Assembly: GCA_963742735.1 (NCBI GenBank)
Contig: CAVUMN010000004.1
Location: forward strand, 32,001-96,000
Origin: an uncultured Actinomycetes bacterium
GTDB taxonomy: Bacteria; Actinomycetota; UBA4738; JBBDTT01
Reading direction: 5' to 3'
Length of the DNA stretch: 64,000 nucleotides
Positions 1-9,981 of the stretch are shown one piece after another (position 1 is the stretch's first letter; each line of letters starts with the position of its first letter). The translations under genes and the position numbers were made by a program. A model generated the notes under the pieces. The model saw nothing but the letters and a program-made list of their open reading frames with translations, had not been told where the DNA came from and searched no databases.

Positions 1-761
1 TCCCCGGGCGGCTCTGTGCCGTCGGCGGCCTGCTCGGCGGCCGCCGCGATCCGCTCGGCGTCGAGCGGGCCTCCGCGCAGCGCGTCCTCGGCCGCGGTGG
101 CGCGCAGCGGCGTGGAGGCCATGTGCGTGAGCCCTATGCGCACGTCCTCGCAGACTCCTCCGGACGCCTTCACGAGCGCCACCACGCCGACCATCGCCCA
201 GTCCTCGGCGCGACGGGTGAACTTCTCGTAGCCCCAGCCGTAGCCGTCCATCGCCGGCACGTTCACGCTCGTGAGCACCTCGCCGGGATCGAGCGTGGTG
301 GTGAGGTAGTCCTGGAACAGGTCGGCCGCCGCAATCTCGCGCTCGCCGCCCGCGCCGCGGGCGGTCACCGACCCGTCCAGCGCGAGCACCACGCCCGGCA
401 GGTCGGACGCCGGATCGCCGTGCGCCAGCGAGCCGCCGATCGTGCCGCGGTTGCGCACCTGCTGATCCGCGATCTGCGCCGCCGCCTTGGCGACGACCCC
501 CAGCTCCTCGCTGTCCTGGAGCGCGGCATGCGTGGTCAGGGCTCCGATCCGCCAGGAGCCGTTGTCGCGCCGCACGCCGCGCAGCTCCTCGATGCCGCCG
601 ATGTCCACCAGCAGCGTCGGCGCCGCCAGGCGCAGCTTCATCAAGGGGAGCAGCGAGTGGCCACCGGCCAACAGCTTGGCGTCCTCGTCGCCTCCCGCCA
701 GGGCGCTCAGCGCCGATTCGACGCTGTCCGCACGCACGTACTCGAACTCAGCGGGGATCAT
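1..761 (-). CDS. coxM: CO dehydrogenase/xanthine dehydrogenase family FAD-binding medium subunit (runs off window edge)
   Basis: Not in the ORF track. Read manually from ATG at 761: [18 protein letters not shown]...AKLLAGGHSLLPLMKLRLAAP...QIRNRGTIGGSLAHGDPASD-like motifs. Overlaps the coxL stop. Confidence 0.9.
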   Translation of the reverse strand, partial: MIPAEFEYVRADSVESALSALAGGDEDAKLLAGGHSLLPLMKLRLAAPTLLVDIGGIEELRGVRRDNGSWRIGALTTHAALQDSEELGVVAKAAAQIADQQVRNRGTIGGSLAHGDPASDLPGVVLALDGSVTARGAGGEREIAAADLFQDYLTTTLDPGEVLTSVNVPAMDGYGWGYEKFTRRAEDWAMVGVVALVKASGGVCEDVRIGLTHMASTPLRATAAEDALRGGPLDAERIAAAAEQAADGTEPPG

Positions 762-3190
762 CCGGCACCTCCTTCGTCCGGGCTGCTGGGGCCGCTGCCG
801 GCGGACCCCTTGCCGTGCTCGCCCAGCGAGGGCGGGCCGCCTCCGTTCCCACCGCCGTGGATCGCCTCCCACACACGCATCGGCGTGAGCGGCATGTCGA
901 TCCAGCTCACGCCGAGCGGCTCGAGCGCGTCGAGCACGGCCGCCGTGACCGCCGGCGTGGCGGCGATGGTGCCCGCCTCCCCGATGCCCTTCACGCCGAG
1001 CGAGTTGACGGGCGACGGCGTCTCGGTGCGGTCGGTCTCGAAGCTCGGCACCTCGGCCGCGGTGGGCAGCGCGTAGTCCACGAAGGTGCCCGTCACGAGC
1101 TGGCCGTCCTCGTCGTAGACGATCTGCTCGTAGAGGGCCTGGCCGATCGCGTGGACGATGCCGCCGTGCACCTGACCGTCGATCAGCATCGGGTTGATCG
1201 CGGGCCCGCAGTCGTCCACCGCCACGTAGCGCACGACCTTGACCTTGCCTGTCTCCACGTCCACGTCCACCACGCAGGCGTGCGCGCCGAACGGGAACAC
1301 GAAGTTCTCCGGGTCGTAGAACGAGTTCTCCTCGAGCCCCGGCTCGATCTCGGTGGGGAGCTCGTTGGGCGGCACGTGGGCCGCGAAGGAGATCTCGGCC
1401 ATGGTCATCGACTTGTCGGGGGAGCCGCGCACCTGGAACTTGCCGTCGGCGAGCTCGATGTCGTCGGGCGAAGCCTCGAGCAGCGCCGCACAGATGCGCT
1501 TGGCCTTCAGCTGCACCTTCTCCGCGGCCTTGGCCACGGCCTCGCCGCCCACCGAGAGCGAGCGCGAGCCGTAGGTGCCCCAGCCCCAGGGCCCCTGGTC
1601 GGTGTCGCCGTGGATCACGTCCACGTTCTCGGGGTCGATGCCAAGCCGGTCGGCTGCGATCTGCGCGAAGCTCGTGTCGAGCCCCTGGCCGTGGGGCGAG
1701 GTGCCCGTGAACACCGTGGCTGAGCCTGACGGGTGCACGCGCACCATGGCGGACTCCCAGAAGGCCGCCTGCAGGCCCACCCCCTGCGGCCCGACGGCGC
1801 GTGAGGGCGCCAGGCCGCACACCTCCACCCAGGTGGAGAAGCCCACGCCGCGGTGGATGCCCTTCTCGCGCAGCTCGGCCTGCTCGCGCCGGAACGCGTC
1901 GAGGTCGAAGTTCTGGAGCAGACGGTCGAGCGACCCGTGGTAGTCGCCGGAGTCGTAGACGATGCCGAGCGGCGTCTCGTAAGGGAACTCCTCCTTGGGG
2001 ATGAAGTTCTTGCGCCGCAGCTCGAGCGGATCCATTCCCAGCTCACGGGCGAGCTTGTCCATTGTCAGCTCGATCCAATAGGTGGCCTCCGGCCGGCCCG
2101 CGCCACGGATCGCGTCGGTGGGCATCTTGTTCGTGAACACGCCCGTGAAGTGCAGGTCGATGGCCGGCAGCTTGTAACAGCCGCCCATCACGGGGAAGCC
2201 GAGCTCGGGGATGAACGGGGTGAGCAGCTGCTGGTACGCGCCGAGGTCGGCCACGATGCGGGCCTTCACTCCGGTGAGCGTGCCGTCCCGCTTCGCGCCC
2301 AGCGTCACGTGCGCTACCTGGTCACGGCCGTGGTGCGAGGTGCTCATGTGCTCCGAGCGCGACTCCGTCCACTTGACCGCCCGGCCCAGGCGCCTGGCCA
2401 GCGCGAGCACGAGAGCCTCCTCCGCGTAGACCTGGAGCTTGGCTCCGAAGCCGCCGCCCACGTCGGGCGCCACCACGCGGATCTTGTCCTCGGGCATGTC
2501 GAGCATCCCGGCCAGCAGCAGACGCGCGATGTGGGGGATCTGGGTGGAGGAGTAAAGGGTGAGGCTCTCCCCGCGCGGCTCGCCGATCGATCCGCGCGGC
2601 TCGATCGGAGCGCCGGAGGTCCGGTGGTTGGACACGCGCTGCTCCACCACCACGTCCGCCTCCGCCAGCGCCGCCGCGATGTCGCCACCGCCCACGGCCC
2701 ACTCGTGCGTCTTGTTCGTGCCGAACTCGTCCCACACGAGCGGCGAGCCGTCCTCGAGCGCCTTCTCCGGGTCAACCACGGCGGGCAGCGCGTCGTACTC
2801 GACGATCACGTCCTCGGCCGCGTCCACCGCCACGTAGCGGTCGACGGCGACCACCACGGCCACCGGGTCGCCCACGTGCTTCACGGCGCCGCGCTTGACC
2901 GGCCAGTGGTCCGGGGTCTTGATCTCCACGCCGGGCGGGTCCCAAGCCATAGGGAGCCCCGACGCGAAGTCGCCGGCGAGGTCCTCGCCCGTGAAGACGG
3001 CCACGACGCCGGGGTGGTCCTCGGCAGCCGACTTGTCGATCGAGACGATCGTGGCGTGCGCCTCCGGCGAGCGGACGATCGCGGCGTGGAGCATGCCCGG
3101 CAGGGCGATGTCGTCCACGTAGTTGGCCCGCCCGGAGATCATCCGGGGGTCCTCCTTGCGCTTCATTGCCTGGCCGACGTAGGTGGTCAT
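758..3190 (-). CDS. coxL: Molybdopterin-binding large subunit, form II CoxL-like molybdo-hydroxylase
   Basis: Starts [16 protein letters not shown]; contains DVGGGFGAK, active-site loop [33 protein letters not shown]. Confidence 0.9.
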   Translation of the reverse strand: MTTYVGQAMKRKEDPRMISGRANYVDDIALPGMLHAAIVRSPEAHATIVSIDKSAAEDHPGVVAVFTGEDLAGDFASGLPMAWDPPGVEIKTPDHWPVKRGAVKHVGDPVAVVVAVDRYVAVDAAEDVIVEYDALPAVVDPEKALEDGSPLVWDEFGTNKTHEWAVGGGDIAAALAEADVVVEQRVSNHRTSGAPIEPRGSIGEPRGESLTLYSSTQIPHIARLLLAGMLDMPEDKIRVVAPDVGGGFGAKLQVYAEEALVLALARRLGRAVKWTESRSEHMSTSHHGRDQVAHVTLGAKRDGTLTGVKARIVADLGAYQQLLTPFIPELGFPVMGGCYKLPAIDLHFTGVFTNKMPTDAIRGAGRPEATYWIELTMDKLARELGMDPLELRRKNFIPKEEFPYETPLGIVYDSGDYHGSLDRLLQNFDLDAFRREQAELREKGIHRGVGFSTWVEVCGLAPSRAVGPQGVGLQAAFWESAMVRVHPSGSATVFTGTSPHGQGLDTSFAQIAADRLGIDPENVDVIHGDTDQGPWGWGTYGSRSLSVGGEAVAKAAEKVQLKAKRICAALLEASPDDIELADGKFQVRGSPDKSMTMAEISFAAHVPPNELPTEIEPGLEENSFYDPENFVFPFGAHACVVDVDVETGKVKVVRYVAVDDCGPAINPMLIDGQVHGGIVHAIGQALYEQIVYDEDGQLVTGTFVDYALPTAAEVPSFETDRTETPSPVNSLGVKGIGEAGTIAATPAVTAAVLDALEPLGVSWIDMPLTPMRVWEAIHGGGNGGGPPSLGEHGKGSAGSGPSSPDEGGAG

Positions 3191-3672
3191 GCGTGCGCTC
3201 CGCTCTCGGCCGCCGCGAGCACCGCTTTGACGATGTTGTGGTAGCCCGTACAGCGGCAGAGGTTGCCCTCGAGACCGTGGCGCACGTCCTCCTCGGAGGG
3301 ATTGGGGTTGCGCGCCAGCAGGTCGGCCGCGGCCATGATCATCCCGGGCGTGCAGAAGCCGCACTGGAGGCCGTGCTGCTCCCAGAACGCCTGCTGCAGC
3401 GGGTGCAGGGCGCCGTTGCCCTTGGGGGCCATCCCCTCGATCGTCGTGACCTCCGCCCCATCGGCCTGGACCGCCAGCACGGTGCAGCTCTTGACGGCCT
3501 GGCCGTTCAGGTGAACGGTGCAGGCACCGCAGTTGGTCGTGTCGCAGCCCACGTGCGTGCCGGTGAGGCCCAGCTCGTCGCGCAGCCAGTGCACCAGGAG
3601 GAGCCGGGGGTCGACCTCGGCCTCCCGCGTCTCTCCGTTGACGCTCGCCTGCACCGGGACGGTCGTACTCAT
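3187..3672 (-). CDS. coxS: 2x[2Fe-2S] small subunit
   Basis: [28 protein letters not shown] motifs. Confidence 0.95.
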   Translation of the reverse strand: MSTTVPVQASVNGETREAEVDPRLLLVHWLRDELGLTGTHVGCDTTNCGACTVHLNGQAVKSCTVLAVQADGAEVTTIEGMAPKGNGALHPLQQAFWEQHGLQCGFCTPGMIMAAADLLARNPNPSEEDVRHGLEGNLCRCTGYHNIVKAVLAAAESGAHA

Positions 3673-3736
3673 CCTTCCTCCCTCGCTCGACTCCTCCTGG
3701 CGCTGATGCTAATCCAACGGGATATCCTCGGTGACC

Positions 3737-4624
3737 ATGCCGGAGAGTCGGACCCGCCAGTTCCGGTACGACGGTCACCGGCTCGTGTACGACGAGTACG
3801 GATCGGGCGACCGGACCGTGCTGCTGCTCCCACCGCTGCTGTTCTCGCGGAAGATCCACCGACCGCTCGCGGAGACGCTGGCCGAGCGCGGTCACCGCGT
3901 CCTTTGTCTCGACCTGCTCGGGCACGGCGACTCCGACCGGCCGCCCGAGATGGGCAACTACTCGATGCAGATCTTCGCGCGCCAGGGGATCGGGCTGCTC
4001 GACCACCTGGACATCTCGCGCGCGGTGGTGGGCGGGCCGTCGCTCGGCGCCAACGCGTCGCTCGAGGTCGCGGCCGCCGCGCCCGACCGCGTACGCGGCC
4101 TCCTGATCCAGATGCCCGTGCTCGACAACGCCCTGCTCGGCTGCGCGCTCGCGTTCACCCCTCTGCTCGTGGGCCTCACCTTCGGGGCGCCGGTGGCGCG
4201 GCTGGCGGGGTTCGGCGCCGGGCTGGTGCCACGCGGGCTATCTCACCTCGGTGACTCGATGCTCGACTGGGTGGCCCAGGATCCGAAGCCCTCGGCGTCG
4301 GTGCTCCAGGGCCTCTTCTTCGGGCGCGTCGCGCCTCCGGCGGACGAGCGCAGGACGATGCGCCAGCCGACGCTCGTGATCGGCCACCGGCGTGACCCGG
4401 TGCATCCGTTCAACGACTCGGACATGCTCATCCACGAGCTGCCGAACGCACGGCTGATCGAGGCCAACTCGATCATGGAACTCTGGACGACACCGGAGCG
4501 CCTGACCGGCGAGATCGTGCCGTTCATCGAGCAGTGCTTCCGCAGCCGCCGGTCCACGGCACCGCGCCGGCCGCCCGGCACGGCCAAGCGCGGCGGCCAG
4601 CCCGCCAGGCGCCGCTCCGCCTAG
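3737..4624 (+). CDS. Alpha/beta fold hydrolase
   Basis: DLLGHGDS motif, nucleophile elbow GPSLG, DPVH acid position. ATG at 3737 follows a TATCCT -10-like hexamer. Confidence 0.85.
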   Translation: MPESRTRQFRYDGHRLVYDEYGSGDRTVLLLPPLLFSRKIHRPLAETLAERGHRVLCLDLLGHGDSDRPPEMGNYSMQIFARQGIGLLDHLDISRAVVGGPSLGANASLEVAAAAPDRVRGLLIQMPVLDNALLGCALAFTPLLVGLTFGAPVARLAGFGAGLVPRGLSHLGDSMLDWVAQDPKPSASVLQGLFFGRVAPPADERRTMRQPTLVIGHRRDPVHPFNDSDMLIHELPNARLIEANSIMELWTTPERLTGEIVPFIEQCFRSRRSTAPRRPPGTAKRGGQPARRRSA

Positions 4625-4660
4625 GCGGATCCGGCCGCCCGATCACTACGCTTCCCCGCC

Positions 4661-5374
4661 GTGTCCAGCAGACGTGAGCAGAAGGAGGCGCTCCGGCGCG
4701 AACGCGAGGAGCGTGAGCGCCAGGCCAAGGCCGCCCAGGCGCGCAAGCGGATGGTGGGCTACGGCGGCGGCTTCGTGCTCGTGCTGGCTGTCCTGGCGGT
4801 GGTGGTCTTCGTGCTCGCCGGCGGCGAAAGCGACTCCGGCAACGTGGATCCGAACGTGCTCCCGAGCGGCGGATCGGTCTCGGAGCAGGAGGAGTTCGAC
4901 CTGACGAAGGCCGCGGCGGCGGCCGGCTGCGAGCTCAAGGACGTGAAGGCGTCCGGTTCCTTCGACCACACCACCGATCCCAGCGAGCGGGTGAAGTACA
5001 ACTCGAACCCGCCGACGTCCGGACGCCACTTCGCCGTCCCGGTGGACGACGGCGCGTACAGCACCTCGCCGACCGACGAGCAGCTCGTGCACAACCTGGA
5101 GCACGGCCGCGTGATCATCTGGTTCAAGCCGAGCCTGCCCAAGGACACCCGCGCGGACCTCAAGGCGCTTTTCGACGAGGACACCTACCAGATGGTCCTC
5201 ACGCCGCGGGCGAAGATGCCCTACCAGGTCGCGGCGAGTGCCTGGAACGGGACTCCCGAGCCGAGCGGCCTCGGCCGGCTGCTCACCTGCGACACCGCCA
5301 CCCCGGAGATGTGGGACGCGCTGCGCGCGTTCCGCGACGAGCACCGCTCGAACGGCCCCGAGCCGGTTCCCTAG
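4661..5374 (+). CDS. DUF3105-like membrane-anchored protein
   Basis: N-terminal TM helix; YNSNPPTSGRH and VHNLEHGRVIIW motifs; C-terminal GPEPVP. Confidence 0.85.
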   Translation: MSSRREQKEALRREREERERQAKAAQARKRMVGYGGGFVLVLAVLAVVVFVLAGGESDSGNVDPNVLPSGGSVSEQEEFDLTKAAAAAGCELKDVKASGSFDHTTDPSERVKYNSNPPTSGRHFAVPVDDGAYSTSPTDEQLVHNLEHGRVIIWFKPSLPKDTRADLKALFDEDTYQMVLTPRAKMPYQVAASAWNGTPEPSGLGRLLTCDTATPEMWDALRAFRDEHRSNGPEPVP

Positions 5375-5467
5375 CGCGCCCCGCGCTGCGAGCGCGCTTG
5401 CAGCAGGCCGTTCTGCACGACATCGCCCGGCCCGCAACCGCACGCCTGGCACCGTGTTCGGTGAGGA

Positions 5468-7204
5468 GTGAAGCGACTGGCCACACTGTGCGTGCCGGGG
5501 ATCGCGCTACTGCTGTTCGTCGTCGCCCCGGCGCTCAGCGCGGAGCGCTGGCAGCCCGATCCCGTCGACTTCGAGCTGGAGCCCGCGCAGACCCAGGTGT
5601 CGGCCGCCCGGAGCGGCCGCGTGCTCTCACCGGCTCTGCGCGCCCCGCGCCGCTTCAACCTGGTCGGGCTGCGCTGGCGTGGCCGCGCCGAGCCGCGCCT
5701 GACCGTGAGGGTGCGGCGCGACGGACGGCCCTGGAGCCGCTGGCAGGCGCTCGACGCCCACGCGGACCACAATCCCGACCCGCGAAGCGGCGAGCGCTCC
5801 GTGGCGGCCTCCGATCCGCTCTGGGTCGGCGAGGCCGACCAGGTGCAGTACGCGCTCAGCCGCCCCGTGCCCGGCCTGCGCCTGCACTTCGTGAACGTGA
5901 ACGGCACCGCCACGGCGGCCGAGCGGGTGACCACCGCCCTGCGGCGCGCGGCCAACACGGCGGTGAGCACCGCGGCGGCTGCTCTCGGGAGCGCCGACGC
6001 CCACGCCCAGGGCGATCAGCCCGCGGTGGTCTCGCGCAGGGAGTGGGGCGCCCGCAAGTGCCCGCCACGGGAAGCGCCCTCGTACGGCGTGGTGCGCGCC
6101 GCCTACGTGCACCACACCGTGTCCCTGAACGACTACTCGCCGGCTGAGGCGCCGGGCATCGTGCTCGCGATCTGCCGCTACCACCGCTACTCGAACGGCT
6201 GGAACGACGTCGGCTACCAGGCGCTGGTGGACAAGTACGGCGTGCTCTACGAGGGCCGGGCCGGCGGCCTCGACAGGCCAGTGCTCGGCGCGCACGCCCA
6301 GGGCTTCAATGCCCAGAGCACCGGGATAGCGAGCATCGGCGACAACAGCTCGGTGGGGCTGTCCGACACGGCGCTCGACGCGCTTGCCGGCTACATCCGC
6401 TGGAAGCTCACGCTTCACGGCCAGCCCCTCAGCGGGCAGACCACGCTCGTGAGCGCCGGCGGCGCCACGAGCCGCTACGGCGGCGGCGCCCGGGTGCGCG
6501 TTCCGCGGGTGCTCGGCCACCGCGACACCAACAGCACCGCCTGCCCGGGGTCGGCTCTCTACTACCAGCTCGACGACCTGCGCGCCCGCGTGTCCACCGG
6601 CGAGCCGCTGCCGGGACTGGCCACGTTCCTGTCCGCGTCGCTGTCGCGCTCGCGGGTCCGGTACCGGCGGGCGGTCACGGTCACCGGCACGCTGACCTCC
6701 AACGAGCTCGCCCCGATCGCCGCGCAGCCGGTGCGCCTGCAGGTGCTGCGCGGCGGGCGCTGGCGCACGCTGGCGGAGCCCGTGACCGACGTGGCCGGCG
6801 CCTGGAGCGCGACCGTGACGCCGCAGGGCACGAGGATCCTGCGCGCCACCTACGCCGGCGACGGGCTCTGGCGGCGCAGCTTCAGCCCGGAGCAGGTGGT
6901 GCGAGTGGTGCCGCTGGTGCAGCTCGACGCCACCTCCGCGCTCGCGGTGCGCGGGCGCCCGGTGGGCGTGCGCGGACACGTGACCCCGCGAAAGCGACGC
7001 GTCTACCAGGTGCTCCAGCAGCGCATCCGCGGCGTCTACAGGCAGGTGGGGGTGCGCTCGGTCCGGGTGCGCTCGGGACGCTTCCGGAGCTCCTTCACGC
7101 CGAGCTTCGCGGGCCTCTACCGCGTGTACGTGCTCGCCGCGGCCGACTCCGCCACCGACCGCGGCCGCTCGCCGCTGCATGTGGTGCGGGTGGCGCGGCG
7201 GTAG
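5468..7204 (+). CDS. Secreted N-acetylmuramoyl-L-alanine amidase (PGRP/Amidase_2) with C-terminal beta-rich domains
   Basis: Signal peptide; VHHT, GWNDVGY, YEGRAGG, GAHAQGFN, GHRD...TACPG Zn-amidase motifs. Confidence 0.9.
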   Translation: MKRLATLCVPGIALLLFVVAPALSAERWQPDPVDFELEPAQTQVSAARSGRVLSPALRAPRRFNLVGLRWRGRAEPRLTVRVRRDGRPWSRWQALDAHADHNPDPRSGERSVAASDPLWVGEADQVQYALSRPVPGLRLHFVNVNGTATAAERVTTALRRAANTAVSTAAAALGSADAHAQGDQPAVVSRREWGARKCPPREAPSYGVVRAAYVHHTVSLNDYSPAEAPGIVLAICRYHRYSNGWNDVGYQALVDKYGVLYEGRAGGLDRPVLGAHAQGFNAQSTGIASIGDNSSVGLSDTALDALAGYIRWKLTLHGQPLSGQTTLVSAGGATSRYGGGARVRVPRVLGHRDTNSTACPGSALYYQLDDLRARVSTGEPLPGLATFLSASLSRSRVRYRRAVTVTGTLTSNELAPIAAQPVRLQVLRGGRWRTLAEPVTDVAGAWSATVTPQGTRILRATYAGDGLWRRSFSPEQVVRVVPLVQLDATSALAVRGRPVGVRGHVTPRKRRVYQVLQQRIRGVYRQVGVRSVRVRSGRFRSSFTPSFAGLYRVYVLAAADSATDRGRSPLHVVRVARR

Positions 7205-7211
7205 GGATGTG

Positions 7212-7796
7212 TCAGTCCCAGCCCTGCCGCAGGGTCTCTGAGTAGAGCCCTCGGCCCGTCAGCAGCAGCCGCGCCGTGCGCGCCAGGATCTTCAGGTCCA
7301 GCAGCAGCGAGCGGTTGTCCACGTACCAGACGTCGAGCTCGATCCGCTCGGGCCAGGGCAGCGACGCCCGCCCGTGCACCTGCGCCCAGCCCGTGATGCC
7401 CGGCTTGACCTCGAGCCGGCGGCGCTGGCGGTCGGTGTAGCGGTCCACCTGCTCCTGGACCGTCGGGCGCGGGCCCACCATGGCCATCTCGCCGCGCAGG
7501 ACGTTCACCAGGTTCGGCAGCTCGTCGAGCGAGAAGCGGCGCAGCATCCGCCCGGCCCGCGTGATGCGCGGATCGCCCTCGAGCACGTAGATCCCGGCGC
7601 CCATCGCCTCGGCTCCGGAAACCATGGTGCGCAGCTTCCAGAGGTCGAACGGCCGGCCGTCGAGGCCCACGCGGCGCTGACGGAACACCACCGGCCCGCG
7701 CGACTCGATCCTGATCAGGATCGCCGCCACGGCGAGCACCGGAGCCGCCACGGCGAGCGCGAGCGCCGCCAGGACCGTGTCGAGGGCCCGGCTCAA
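7212..7796 (-). CDS. Bacterial sugar transferase (polyprenyl-phosphate phosphoglycosyltransferase)
   Basis: KLRTM, DPRIT, SLDELP..NVLRGEM..VGPRP, KPGITGWAQV motifs. Confidence 0.93.
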   Translation of the reverse strand: MSRALDTVLAALALAVAAPVLAVAAILIRIESRGPVVFRQRRVGLDGRPFDLWKLRTMVSGAEAMGAGIYVLEGDPRITRAGRMLRRFSLDELPNLVNVLRGEMAMVGPRPTVQEQVDRYTDRQRRRLEVKPGITGWAQVHGRASLPWPERIELDVWYVDNRSLLLDLKILARTARLLLTGRGLYSETLRQGWD

Positions 7797-7820
7797 GGCG
7801 CACTACCGTTGCGCCCGCGC

Positions 7821-9003
7821 ATGCGGATCCTGTACCTGCACCAGTTCTTCATCACGCGGGCGGGCGTGGGTGGCACGCGCTCATACGAGTTCGCGCGCCG
7901 GTTCGTGGACCGCGGACACGCGGTGCGGATGGTAACCGCGGCCTCCGGCAGCAGCGAGGTGGACGGCATCCAGGTGGTGGGGGCGCGCGGCGGCTACGCC
8001 GACTACGTGAGCGCCACGGCCACCTCCTATCCGCGTCGGATGCTGGCCTTCGCGCGCTTTGCCGTGGCCGCCTCGCTGCACGCATTGCGCGGGCCGCGTC
8101 CCGACGTGGTCTATGCCACCTCGCCGCCGCTCACGATCGCGCTGCCCGCGCTGCTGGCCGCCGCCCGTCACCGCGCGCCGCTGGTGTTCGAGGTGCGCGA
8201 CCTCTGGCCGGAGGCCCCGATCCAGATGGGCGCCCTGCGCAATCCGCTCGCCCGGCGCCTCGCACGCGCGCTCGAGCGCTTCGTCTATCGCGCGCAGCGC
8301 TCGCGTGATCGCCCTCTCGCCGGGCATCCGCGACGGCATCGCTGCGGCCGGCGTGGACCCGGCCCGGATCGTGCTGGCGCCGAACGCCGCCGACCTGGAG
8401 CTTTTCTCCCCGGCGCTCGACCGCGACACCGAACGCGCCCGGCTCGGGCTCGGCAACGGCTTCGTGTGCAGCTACTTCGGCACGCTCGGCGAGGCCAACG
8501 ACCTCTCGCAGGTGGTGCGCGCCGCGCCCCTGGTGGACGGCGTGACGTTTGTGCTCCTGGGCGGCGGCAAGCAGCGCGCGGAGCTGGAGCGCGAGGCGCG
8601 AGCTCTCGGCGCCGGCAACGTGGTCTTCCTGGACCCGACGCCCGACAAGACCACGGTGGCCCGCCTGGCCGCGGCGTCGGACGCTTGCCTCACGATCTTC
8701 AAGGACGTGCCCGTGCTGGCCACCAACTCGCCCAACAAGCTGTTCGACACCTTCGCGGCGGGCCGGCCGGCGATCGTTAACCAGGCCGGCTGGATGCGCG
8801 AGCTCGTGGAGAGCAACGAGGCCGGCCTGTTCGTGCGCCCGGGCGACCCCGGCGATCTGGCCGCCAAGGTCGCCTGGCTGCGCGACCACCCGCGGGAGGC
8901 CGAGCGCTACGGCCGCAACGCGCGCGCGCTGGCGGAGCGGGAGTTCGACCGCGAGGCGCTCGCGGCCCGCGTGCTGGCGGTGCTGGAGGAGGAGGCGGAC
9001 TGA
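7821..9003 (+). CDS. Glycosyltransferase family 4 (WbuB-like), one frameshift near 8290
   Basis: MRILYLHQFF...GGTRSYE and FEVRDLWPE in one frame; SARVIALSPG...TNSPNKLFD in another. One extra base in TAT-CGCGCGC-AGC. Confidence 0.85.
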
Positions 9004-9949
9004 TCGAGCTCTCGTACTGCGTGGTCAACACGAACGGGCGCGAGCACCTGCTGGCCTGCCTTGACGCAATCCGCCGCACGCACCCCGCCGGCGTGGAGCC
9101 ACGAGCTGATCGTGGTCGACAACGCCTCCGACGACGGCTCGGCGGAGGCGGTGCGCTCGGCGCATCCGGAGGCGCGCGCTGATCGCGCTCGAGCTGCGGG
9201 AGGGCAAGGCCGCGAACGACTCGCTGCTGCTGCGCGAGGCGAGCGGCAGCTACTGCCTGCTCCTCAACGAGGACTCCGAGCTCGAGCCCGGCAGCGCACA
9301 GGCGCTGGTGGACGCGCTGGAGGCAGACCCGGCCGCCGCCGTGGCGGGCGCGCAGCTGCTCACGCCGGACGGGCGGCCGACCGCGTGTGCCTGGCGGCTG
9401 CCCGACGCAGGGTGGGCGCTGGCGGCAGCGCTCTTCGCGCACCGCCCCTACGCGGTGCAGAGCAAGGGACGGGACGTGCGCGCGGTCGGCTGGGTGCAGT
9501 CGAGCGCCATGCTCGTGCGCCGCGAGGCCGCGGAGGGCGTGGGGTGGCTCGACCCCGAGTTCTTCGTGTACTCGGACGAGACGGACTTCTGCAGGCGGCT
9601 GACCGACGCGGGCTGGCGGATCCTCTTCGTGCCCGGCGCGCGTGCCGTGCACCACGACCAGCTGTCCACGGACCCCGCGGCTATGGAGCGGCGGATCGTG
9701 GAGTTCCACCGCGGCCGCGACCGCTACTTCCGCAAGCACGGCATGTCCGTGACCCGCCTGCTCTGGACGATCTGCTGGACCTGGGCCTATCTCGTCCGCG
9801 CCGCCGCGGCGCTGGCGCTGCCCGGCCGCGACCCGCACCGCTACCTCCTGCACGCCCGCCAGCAACTGCGGCCGCGGGCCGGCAGCGGGCTGCGCGAGGC
9901 GGCCGACGCGTACAACGCCGGCCGCAACGCGGCGACCGCCGCCCGCTAG
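9000..9949 (+). CDS. Glycosyltransferase family 2 (rhamnosyltransferase-like), two frameshifts near 9100 and 9178
   Basis: Reassembled reading: (CTG)IELSYCVVNTNGREHLLACL...HELIVVDNASDDGS...GKAAND...LLLNEDSE...FFVYSDETDFC. Each break is one extra base. The probable CTG start overlaps the upstream TGA. Confidence 0.8.
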
Positions 9950-9981
9950 CCGGGCCCGCTGCATCTACGCTTCCCGCGCCC

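Noticed and set aside
758-3190. True aerobic CO dehydrogenase (form I)
   Set aside because: Lacks AYXCSFR and has SLM rather than MSL order.
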